The position numbers and the translations under genes were made by a program. Under the pieces are notes generated by a model. That model searched no databases. It had not been told where the DNA came from and worked only from the letters and a program-made list of their open reading frames with translations. Positions 53,055 through 64,000 of a stretch of DNA of 64,000 nt are shown here, piece by piece. Within the stretch, counting starts at the first letter, position 1; each line of letters starts with the position of its first letter. Location of the stretch: assembly GCA_965153455.1 (NCBI GenBank), contig OZ234493.1:21194213-21258212 (forward strand), in the 5' to 3' direction. This DNA is from Sphagnum compactum. Its lineage: Eukaryota.

Positions 53055-55827
53055 TTTATCATCTAGATTTGTGTAGTGGATTAGTTATTGCATTTGTGTC
53101 CATCTAGGAATGGAACAAGGGATTGTGGAACATGGAACAAAGGAAAAAATGCCAACACTAGAATAAAATCGGACAAAATTCTCTCATTTTGATTCAGTAT
53201 GGCCGTTGAGATAGGTTTAAAAGAAGACAATGCTTTTATCTTTTCCTTTTCTCAAGAAGAGTTGATGGAACTCTTTGAACTTTGAAGTTGCATCATGCTT
53301 ATAATGATCTAAAAGAATGTAGGAGGTGGAGGTCTAGTTGATCCCACTCATGGTTATGTCTTTGTTGTTTGCTCTTGTTTGAATGTTTTTGTGCAACATG
53401 TTTGCTCTTTGTTGTAATTTGCAATGCATATGAATTCATACCTATTGCAATGCATAGAAACTCGTACAAGTGCAAAATTTCAACATTTGTTAATGCAATA
53501 TTTCTTTTGGTCTTATGAACTTTTGAAGAGTTTAGATATCTCAAAGACCTAGTCGGGCTTATATTTCTTACAGAACCTAAAATTTTCATCACCAAACATC
53601 TCTGAAAAAACCCAATAACCTTAAAGAACCAGCACGGGTACTCGGCTGGGTTTCTTTTAAAGACTCAGATAATGTACCCACCTATGAAAGACCAAATCCC
53701 CAACCTGACCTTATATGGGCATTTAGTGATTCGCAAAACCCTAAGGCAATGTGGTTCTTTGAAAAAAAAAAATCAAATTAAAAAAACCCAATCTAGATGG
53801 TTCTCTAAGTTTTAAAAGAAAAACTCCATACCCAACTAATATTTTAAAAATAAAATATACCCATACAAATTCTTTCATTATAAAGGGCTAGTGTATCATA
53901 TAATGCATGGCCTTTAGAGAATTGAAGCTATGGGAATGGTGTTGTAAAAGTCAGTCTTACATTGAATTCATTATACAATATTCAGGTGAAATCTTCATAG
54001 TTTGGGCATTTTATGTGTTACATATGTTGGTTGAATGCAAATGCAAATAGAAGACTAGTTTGCCATTGTTGATTCTCATGGTACAATGCAATTTCTATTA
54101 GTTAGTTATTGACAAGTATCAAAATTTTGAATCCATTTTTTTTGTAATGGGCCTATCAAACAATGGTTACTTACAAAGCAAAATGTTTTCAAAACTTTTC
54201 AAGCTTCGAGGATAGAAGTTTTCAAACTTTGCACCATCCCAAGATTGGAATTTGCATAACATCTCCATTGCCCTAGCTACATGAGCAAATATGTGTGTTA
54301 AAAAGAGGAGGGATTGTGGGTACGCAATATGGGATAAAAAGTGGAGCTATTGGGAACAATTTGTGGGACACACAAAAATTGTGGAAACATTTAGAATGTT
54401 ATTGGGAACATTTGGGGAAACAACACCCTAGACCCCAAAAAAAATCTTCAAGTCTTCAAGACCCTATACATAAAAGAAGATTAGGTATGCATGATCATTG
54501 TGTGACAAGTGACAACGTCCCAATTACAAGCTAAAAACTATCGAATATAAAAGCTAATAGACCAGCTGATTATGAATTCGTGTCATTAAAACAAGTTGCA
54601 ATCTGGCTGAAAGTTGGAACACTTAACCCGAGTTTTTCTTTTCAATTTTGTGATGTAGCCAAAATGGTGAGCACCCACAAGAATATTTAGCCAAAAATTG
54701 GCTATAGATATGAAATAGATTTTTATTTTTAAAAGAATCCATTTTATATTATGGCTACCTTTTTTTGGCCAAAAAAGTTTGAAAATTTGCGAAAACACTG
54801 CTCTTGACCACCTTGGATATACATCCATACTATAGTGTTATTGAAGGAAGTGTCTAGAGATTTTGGCTCAACTTGGAAGTGTCCAACCGAGGTTCCTCAA
54901 TAGCAAGTTGAACACCACACACACACACACACACACAACACATCTATTCTTCTTGGTTTCATGAAATTAAATGTCCCATTTGAAGTTTGATGAAGAGTCT
55001 TACGAACGTGCGAGGATTTTTATACACTTAAAAATGGGATTGAACTCGAAGAACCTAGTTGTTTTGGGAAAGAACGAGATGTTGAAAATGGTGGAGTAGG
55101 CATTACCTATTAGAGGGGACCGTGAGCTTCAAGTGAAATTACATTCGGCAATTTTCAATGTTGTTTGGTGTGTGTTTGGCCAAGTTACGTGGCATATGGT
55201 GTGCAAGACATGTTTTTGTTGTTGTCTTGGAATACAAGTTGGGTTGTTGCGGATGCAACTTCACCACCCTTTGTTGGGTTTGGGTGATTGCACCATCCCT
55301 TCCTTTGAGCCCTTCAAGACTATGACACACCCTATGACTCATGGTTAGGGAAGAAAGTTAAAAAAGTATCACCTCTAGAGACCAAGTCCAACCCATTTGT
55401 CATATGGAAAGCTGACCTGAACCAAAGTGATGAAACATTATTGGACATGGGGTAGTTAGTTGCTTTGCCTTCTATTGGTGCCATCTAACTCAAGTGTCAA
55501 ATTTGGAGGCATGGATGAACCAAATCCAACCAGCACACCGTCATCCACTTCAAAGCCTCGGGATGGTGCAATCACCCAACTTGTGGATGAACTTAGTTCA
55601 GGACAAACTCACTTGTGGATGAACTTAGTTCGGGACAAACCCAAACAAAATTAACAATTATGGATGAACCCAAACTAAATTGACATTGGGTATGAAATTT
55701 TTTTTAAAAATCGAAACTGGGTTAATGACTAGAGCTAACTATGGTGGTTAGCTTGGGAACTGGAATCAAATGAAAAAATGTTTCCTGTCCAATCATCATC
55801 CATCCATCATCTCTCGTGGGCGGGGTT

Positions 55828-56061
55828 GGTGGTGGCTGCGGGGGTTCACTCCGGTCAATTTTTGATGTGTTCGGAATTTGCTTTATTATTATTTGCATGG
55901 CCGGAGATAGAGCCTCGGTCCATAGTACCTCGCCTTTTTTGGGGGTACGGAGGGAGGGAGGTTTACTCCCGCCCCCTTATACAGTTACACTTTTGTCGTG
56001 TTATATATGGATTGTACCAACTTCCAACTTGCCCCCAAAAAAAAAAAAAAAAAAAAAAAAA
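55828..56061 (+). mobile_element. Short poly(A)-tailed retro-insertion (5'-truncated LINE end or SINE) with a 7-bp TSD
   Basis: An uninterrupted A25 at 56037-56061. CGGGGTT occurs at 55821-55827 and again directly after the tail at 56062-56068. Confidence 0.6.
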
Positions 56062-56775
56062 CGGGGTTTTGAAAGAGTCTTTCATCATCATGTGCACTAA
56101 TTTTTTTTCAAACACACGAGTTTCCAAACATCCTAGAATGCTGTCTCTTTGCACTGGCCGGCCCTTGGTCCATAGTTAGTTGGCCGTCCGTCAAGTTGTG
56201 ATGGTTTTGTGGAATGCGTAAAATTGCGGATAGCAAGTTGCAGAACTTTTGACCTTATCCATTAAATAAATATTTTTTAAAAATTTAAAATTAAAATTAT
56301 GTTAAATTAAATCTAAATTATTTTTTTAAAAAAAAAACAACAATCCTCAAGTGTGAACAATAATTTTACAAATCCTTTGACCCAATTGTTAGTTACGTAA
56401 CCTCCAACCAAGTCCGTTGTTCCGGTTGTATGGTACCGATTATTCCTCAACCCAAAACCAACGCATGGAACAGAAATTGTGTGAGACACTTTGTTGCTCG
56501 TCCGTCCGTAGCAACAAAAAAAGGGGTTTAGACATCTATCCTGAGAGAATTATTGTTTCGAGATTGCAACTTTCTGACTCCACTTTTTTGAATTATAATT
56601 CATGTTTGTTGATGATGTAAAAGGTGCAAGAGTAGTAAGTATCACTATACAAAATTCCCCCATATCTTTTTACCACAACTATATAGGCAAATTGTGATAC
56701 CCCCGAGTTGGCAATTTTCATGTCCATTTTTTTAAATACAACTATTCTAATTACTCTCAAACCTTGTGCATTAAA

Positions 56776-57330
56776 TGCTGAGTTTCAGCTATTTCATACC
56801 CAGATTTAATCAAACTTCCTTACTTTGCTGAGTTTCAGCTATTTCATACCCAGATTTAATCGAACTTCCTTACTTTGCTGAGTTTCAGCTATTTCATACC
56901 CAGATTTAATCAAACTTCCTTACTTTGCTGAGTTTCAGCTATTTCATACCCAGATTTAATCGAACTTCCTTACTTTGCTGAGTTTCAGCATTTCATACCC
57001 AGATTTAATGGAACTTCCTTACTTTGCTGAGTTTCAGCTATTTCATACCCAGATTTAATCGAACTTCCTTAATTTGCTGAGTTTCAGCTATTTCATACCC
57101 AGATTTAATTGAACTTCCTTACTTTGCTGAGTTTCAGCATTTCATACCCAGATTTAATTGAACTTCCTTACTTTGCTGAGTTTCAGCTATTTCATACCCA
57201 GATTTAATCGAACTTCCTTACTTTGCTGAGTTTCAGCATTTCATACCCAGATTTAATGAAAATTCATTACCACACCCAGATTTAATGAAACTTCCTTACT
57301 TTGCTGAGTTTGAGCATTTCATACCCGGGT
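56776..57330. repeat. Homogeneous 49-50-bp tandem array, ~11 copies
   Basis: Unit tgctgagtttcagctatttcatacccagatttaatc(a/g)aacttccttactt starts at 56776, 56826, 56876, 56926, 56976, 57025, 57075, 57125, 57174, 57224 and ~57302. Confidence 0.95.
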
Positions 57331-60087
57331 TTCCCTAAAACTTCATTACCTTGCAGAGCTCATTCAAAGGGGAGGGGATAGGGGGTGAAAGGAGGCCCAA
57401 AGACAGGGTGACTTTAAGGAAAACTCTATTGTATGCTACTAGTGGTTTACTTGTTAGGTTTTGTGATTGACTTAAATTGTGGAATTTAGTAGAAAATTGA
57501 CATTATGTTATGGTTACCTTCTGGAACCTATTGTCTAAAAATTAGAAAAAAAAAACCATGTCCTCAAAACATGGTTACTTTGTTGGCACATTTTTTTTCA
57601 CAAAAATCCATACAAATCCTTTGTATGAGTCACACTAGATTTTTTGTTTTATTTTGTTGCCAAGTGGTGAAGTTTTTTAAAAAATAAATAAAAATGCTGG
57701 TTCTAACTTCTAATGTCATAGTTAACAGTTTTTTTTTGGTAAAATACTTATTTATTCTTGCTTTTAAAAGGCACAGCTATAGAGGGGACAAGAACTTGTT
57801 GGCAACATTCTTTGTCTAGTTCCCTTGTTTATAGATTTTATTTTTTTTGGAGGGACCCAATTTATGTTTCCAATGATTCTACAAAATACATTAACTAGAG
57901 CCTAATCACTCACCTAATGTGAGGTTTAAGGATCCCTTTAAATACTTATGAAGGAATTGTGACTTAACATAATGTTTTGTCGAGTGTCGTTTCTCTTGAC
58001 ATGTGTTTTTCTTATAAAAACATAATCAAAGTATTTCAACTTCTTCTCTTATGTATAAACTTTACTTAGGGCTCAAGTCTCATCCAATTATTTTAATTAA
58101 ATTGAAATTAATAATCAATGTGATTAGTGTAAATTCAATTTTTTTTGTAGAAAAGGGAAAGTGCAATTTTTTATGGCTATTATGTAGTGGAGGCTTAGTG
58201 AGGTTCCCTTATGGGCAGATTATGAGGTGAAATCACTACCTGTTAGTGAAAAATTACTTGACATTTTTTTCCCACCTCAATTATAGGAATTATAAAAAAA
58301 TTGGTATTTTCAAAGCCAAAGTGAAAAAATGGAATTTATTTTTTTAATATACTAAATATGTTGGATGAAATCACAAAGTTTATTTCATACATGTATTATG
58401 AATCATGACATTTTTGTTTTTGTGAAGAAACACATTCTCTTGCATCATCATATGTATCTATTAAGGAAGGTTGTTTGTTGGTTTTGTTTGCTTGTTTTAG
58501 GCATGTACATTAAGATCTCCCAAATCTCTTACCACACGCTCTTGGTACCATTGGAAAGCTTTCAATGAATAGGTGGTTTTGTATGGTTTAGACGTATGAT
58601 GTAAGAATTGTTGAATAATTTTGTGAGAATTTTCAACAAAATCAAACCCAAAACTATTAGGGACATTGGGGGCATGCTTTAATGTTGTTGGAAAATTGTT
58701 GATGAGTGGGATTTCATTTTGGTGATTTTATAATTTTTTAGACAAAAGGTGTAAGAGATATTGAATTTTGAGTACTCTTTGTCATTGGAAACTCAATAAT
58801 CATTCAACAAAATGAAAACAAATTTTTTTTAGAGTTCACACTTGGGCTAATGGCCACATATGCCACACAAGTTCTTCATTGAATCAAAGCCTTGGTGGAG
58901 TAAGATCCTAAAGTTTTTTTGGAATCCATACCTACTTTATGAAATGATGCCCAATTTCACTTGATAAATACACTCAAGTTGAGGATGAAGTAGGGTTTAG
59001 AGGGTTAAACTCAAACCCAAAAACACCGTGACATTTGAGAAAACTCTAATATTTTCATGGAATACATAGATGATAAGGCCACCCGAGAAGGAGAGGAGGT
59101 ACTTGCCACTTAATTCACAAGTTGGTTCACAAGCCATAGACCGTCCCAAAGAAAACCCAATGCTTATGACATACCGTAATACCTTTACCAATCGGGAAGT
59201 AATTCAATTATTTTCAATAAATGTTAATTTTTCTCAAAATCAGCTGGCTTATAATGTCAAAAGTCCTACAAGCTTGATTGACATTATTATTGACGGACCG
59301 CTTGCCCTAAAGCTTGATGGTGTAGTGTGTTTAAGTAGAGCAAAATTACTTGACATTTTATTTTATTTTTCCTATCTCAACTGGAATTTCAGCAATTTTT
59401 AATTTTTTATGAAATGAAAAACATAAAAGAAAAATAAAAATTGTCAAGAAGATGCCCAAATGGTAGTAAAGGTCAAATAGAGACCCACCTAAGGAGAGCT
59501 TGGGAGGCAATAACACCTACCTACTACAAATGTGACCAACATAGAGCTCACCCCCTTCAATGATGATGAGGTAGTTGCAAGTTACTTTTGACAATGGGTG
59601 CCACTCAAGAGAAGAAGAGGGTAACACCTATTCCAAAAGGAGGAAGAAGAAGAAGAGGTCAACTTACACAAGCATTCCCAAAGACTTACTTGACACTACT
59701 TTTGTAGAAAAAACTTACAACACATAGTCTTAAAAAATATATATACCAAATGGGTTGTTGAATGGTGCACCAAAAGAAATGAAAACAAACAAAAGAAATT
59801 ATCTTATTTACACCCCTTACAAAATCATGACTTAGTAGGATTGCTAATGAATTAGCCATGATTTAACCCTAAAACCCTAGAAGAAAACCCTTAAACCCTA
59901 AAAGAAAATGAAAGAGAACAAAAAGATTTACTTTTGCACCCTTTTGTAGAACAAATTGTGGGTTATGAACATATGGGTTTTTTTTTTCAGTTTTTTTTTT
60001 GTTTTGTTTTGGGTTGTAGTGTCAGCAATGAGCATTTCAAAAGAGATAGAGCATTAAATGATGACTAGTCTGTGGACAACATCTACT

Positions 60088-63000
60088 CTTTTTTTTTTCT
60101 TTTTTTTTTTTTGGGCACAAATGAAAAACTTCATTGGGAAAAGAGAAACAAGAGAACAAGCCCAAGGGAAGGAGCGAGGGAAACAAGCCAAACCCTACCT
60201 GGAAGGAGGTGAGGACCCCTACCACCTAATTACACAATCCTTAGGTGATTGAAAGCACCACCTAATGTGAAGATCATCATCTCTATAACATATGGCAAAA
60301 TGAGCACCCAACATGTGTAGCTTCAATTAGCTAGAGGGCATAATTCAATTAGCTTGAGCTTTTTGTTATATTCTAATCTAGCATACTCAAGAAGTCATGT
60401 TTCTCAATGTCCCAAATATCAGCCACTTGCTCCACGTCATTGACTTAAAGGGCATGGCATCTCTCAACCAACCTCTTGAACAAGCCTCCTTTGAAATGTG
60501 AATTCTACAAGAGATTTTGTCACAAGTAATGGGGTAGAAAGAATTAGGTTCTTCAAAGTGTATAATCTATGCACCATCTTTTTTCATGCTCATCCAATAT
60601 GTCCCAAGATTGTAGGGCTTATGCATTGCAACGAAATGCATGTGCATGTCAATGAAACTCCAAAGCATGTTGGCAAGACATTTCTTGTGAGGAGATGGCT
60701 TTGCATTAGCTAATCTATAATGTAAGAGAATTTGGACATTGGATTCACTCGGTTTGTATTTGAGTTTGGTAAGAAGGGCTTCCCACTGTGTGAATCCAAT
60801 CTCCAAATTGGTATCCCACTTGGTAAGAAGGGTTTCGAAAACCACTTCGAGGTTTGTGCACCCCAAACCTCCCTTCTTTTATTCCAAATAGCAATCTTGC
60901 CTCACTCTTTACATGAATGCATCTTGAGAATTCGTTAAATGCCCCCATAGGAAATCTAGAACCATAGCGTGAACTTTCTTGATTCCATTCTTAGAACCTA
61001 CCCAAATTGAAAAAAAGAATAGTAGTGTGAAAAGAAGAACATTATTCACTATGACAACCTTGCCTACCAATGAAAAGTCTAATGGTGGACCAATAAAATA
61101 GGCTTTTCTTGACTTTGTCCAAGAGGAATTTGTTTGTAGTTGTAACATTTAAATTTTTGTTGAAAGGTTCCCCTAACAATTTAGAGAGTTCTTCTTCCTT
61201 TGTCCATTTCCAAACAAATGTGCTAGTCTATAAAGGTCAATCTTTGTGTGAACCTTGACATATGTAGTGTTTTTACCATCATTGATTTCAAGACCTAAGG
61301 CAACCTTGAAGTCACATAAAATGATTATCAAATTGTTAATGCACTTTTTCTAACATTTGACAATTAGAAAGGTGTTGTCAGCATATTGGAAAATGATTTG
61401 TTGCATACTTTTTCAAATAAAAACACTTCAGTAATTTCTTTGTGCTTAACAACATGTTTCATCATGAAGTTTAGGGTTTCCCCAACCAAGATAAACAAGT
61501 AGCAAGCAAGGAGGCACCCTTGCCTTATTGCACATTAAATTTGAAACATTGCGAATGGCTTCCATGTAAACAAAGAGAAGACAATTCATGGTAATAAACT
61601 TGGGAGCCATGCCAAACCTTGTCAGAACCCTAAACATAATCACCCATGAAACCTTGTCATGTGTTTAGAAAAGTTCAACTTGAGCAAAATGTATTGTTTG
61701 GATTCCTTAGCCCAATCAAAACTTTTTTTAAAAAGAAGAATGTTTTCTAGGATGCGTTAAAAAGGGAAGAAAGGTCATTTGGTTAGGATCTATTACATCC
61801 ATGAAGATTGGTTAGAATCTATTTTGGAAAGCCTTTGCAAAAAAATTGTACCCCACATTTAGAGGATTGATGGGTTTCTAATTCGAGAAATCTTCAAGGG
61901 AGCTTTGTGAATTAATGTGATGGTGCTTCTAGTTGTTCCATAGGAGAAAACAAAATTCACCAAGGAGGATGAGATCATCTTCCAATAATCTTCCTTGATC
62001 AAGTCCCAAAAGCGAATATAAAATTTGACTTCTACACCAATTAGTCTTGGCAACTTATCAATAACCATACATTTGGCAACATGAATTAATTCATCTTTAA
62101 TTAAGGGATCAACCATATTCATGTTCATGGCTAGGCCACATATTAAAGAAAAGTCTTTAACACCTATTATTTGATTGTATGATCAGATTTTAGAGATGGT
62201 TGTTCCTTGTATAACTTCCCGTAAAAGTGTATGCACACCCAAGGTAACACCTTTGAGCTCTCCATGATTGAATCATCCTATTTTTTGAGGTGCAACGAAC
62301 AAAGATTTGGGTTTCTTTCACACCAAAATAGAAATTTTTTGGACATGGTGTTTCCCTTGTGTCACCATTTAATTTTCATTTCGATTTATTACCCTTCTTG
62401 CATTGTTTTCATGAGCTTTTAGCAATGTGTGTAGCTTATTAATTTGGGATTGTTCATTAGATTAGAAGAATAGGATTATGAAGTAAATTTTCATCATAAA
62501 CTTTCAATATCACGAAATTTCAATAAAATTCATGTAAAAATTGTAAAACAATATGTATGTGCAAAATTCATGGGCTTCAAAGTGTAAAAATGACATAGAA
62601 AAAAAAGTTTTTATATAAATGGTGTGTATTTTCTACTTATGATGTTTTGATGTGGAGTATGTACAATTTACATTTCAACTAGATATGTACAATTATCATG
62701 ATGTAATTTTGTATAAAATTATGCAATTTTAATGTATTAAATATGAACATTCACGTATGTCATTAAAAAAAAAAGTCTCATGTGTTTGAATATTTAAGAT
62801 ATTCAATATGTACAAATATTGTTCATATTGACCATAACATGGGATTCATATAATTTTTTTATGAACCTATGAAAATTTAATTTCACACAAAATTTATACA
62901 AACCTACAAAACTTGGTATGTTTGTGATGTGTTTCATCCACTTCCCATCTTAACTAAGTATTCTTTGCTTTGAAAACCTCTGAACATTTTGTACAAGAAA

Positions 63001-63857
63001 TTCACATCAACTATAACAAATTATATCCTCTTAAGGCCTATATTTACATAATCTTGTCAACTAACATTCATCTTCTTAATGTTTTGCCTCTTTATGCTAG
63101 TTTCAATTTCTAAAACTCTAAAAATTGGGCAATGATTTGAGTGTGAGTTGTCCCCATGAATTTTGTACTCCATGATGTTGTTCAATTTGATATTAGATAG
63201 TTGCAAAACTTTGAGGGAGTAAACTTTATACAATCAAATGAGGAATATTCTTTGGTCATTTTCCTTATTATTACCCTATGAATAAATGGGACCACTTGTC
63301 TTTGAAAAAAATCCTCCGCTATGATAGTCTTTTTTATTTTTTCACAAAGTTCCTGTTCATAAAGGGGCATCACATGGTTGCATGTAGAAAATTTATTTGT
63401 TGCCACCTCAACCATATTGAAGTCCATAAAAATGGTCCACTTACAATTTTGGAAGAAATTTTGAAACAAATCTCTCCAAATATCACAACATTATTGAGGG
63501 TCACATCACCATTAAAAAGGTTATATAACTTAACCTAAACTACTTTATTGTTTTGGAAATGGCATGCATCTTTGATGAAGGTGTTCGAGTTCTAATGTGT
63601 GAAGATTTCATCCTTCATTTCCTAATTCCAATTGGGGCATTATTATGTTGTTCTCTACTACTAGTTTTTAAATTGAAGTCCTATTGGTCAAAGTTTGAAA
63701 TCTAATTCCTTAGTTGGGACACCTCTAAGTTTGTGTTCTTGAATGAGAAGAAAATCTACTATCAAGGTGTGCATTTCCTAATTTAGCTTTTCAAGTTAAC
63801 AATTACATTTGGGTCATTTAAGCTTCTAACATTATAAGAAAAAATCTTTATATTCAT
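60088..63857 (-). mobile_element. Decayed L1-clade non-LTR retrotransposon (ORF2 APE endonuclease + reverse transcriptase, 3' UTR, poly(A)); 5' part probably continues beyond the window
   Basis: The minus strand reads MNIKIFSYNVRSLNDP (ATG 63857), VDFLLIQEHKL, WTIFMDFNMVE and SNHCPI (APE motifs), then FYIRFWDLIKED, LLKLNFSK, FQYADNTFL (YADD-like, ~61370-61390) and GKVVIVNNVLL. The T-run at 60088-60112 is the poly(A) tail. Many stops and frameshifts. Confidence 0.88.
62478..62890. mobile_element. AT-rich MITE-like insertion interrupting the LINE ORF2
   Basis: A non-coding AT-rich block between the APE and RT parts, with imperfect inverted ends tgaagtaaattttcat / atgaaaatttaatttca. Confidence 0.45.
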
Positions 63858-64000
63858 GAAGAAACACTTTTATAAAAAATACAAAATGTTCTTAACCTTA
63901 TATTGGGATAATTCATCTACAAGATATTCCACAAGTCATAGAAACCTCTACTTGATTTTGGGAGGTACTCCTTTGTAGGAGGTGCGTTTTAGAACATGTT

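Noticed and set aside
56776-57330. Possible CRISPR array (palindromic repeat at regular spacing)
   Set aside because: The whole unit is repeated with no unique spacers, there are no cas genes, and the context is eukaryotic.

Overview
AT-rich eukaryotic (land plant) genomic DNA. The gene style and repeat families suggest a bryophyte, possibly Sphagnum; this is pattern recognition and is unverified. I can support three protein-coding genes. (1) A 5-exon clade-E-like PP2C phosphatase on the minus strand (ATG 2503), whose 3' end runs off the window. (2) An intronless 186-aa uncharacterised plant protein with an LRDAYVNMM motif (22211-22771, +). (3) A 3-exon, 205-aa gene on the minus strand (27088-25855) that the ORF track splits in two. 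It has an N-terminal DUF2945/Hva1-TUDOR-like domain, known mainly from bacteria and fungi, fused to an acidic tail. Its first intron is GC-AG and flanked by an 8-bp direct repeat. The rest is decayed transposon sequence: two related hAT transposase remnants, a solo LTR with a target-site duplication, a decayed L1-type LINE with a poly(A) tail, several MITE-like elements, a short young poly(A) retro-insert, long inverted arms around one hAT remnant, and tandem repeats including a ~11-copy 50-bp array. I found no rRNA, tRNA or CRISPR array. Most short ORFs in the track are spurious. Family assignments come from motif recognition, not database searches.
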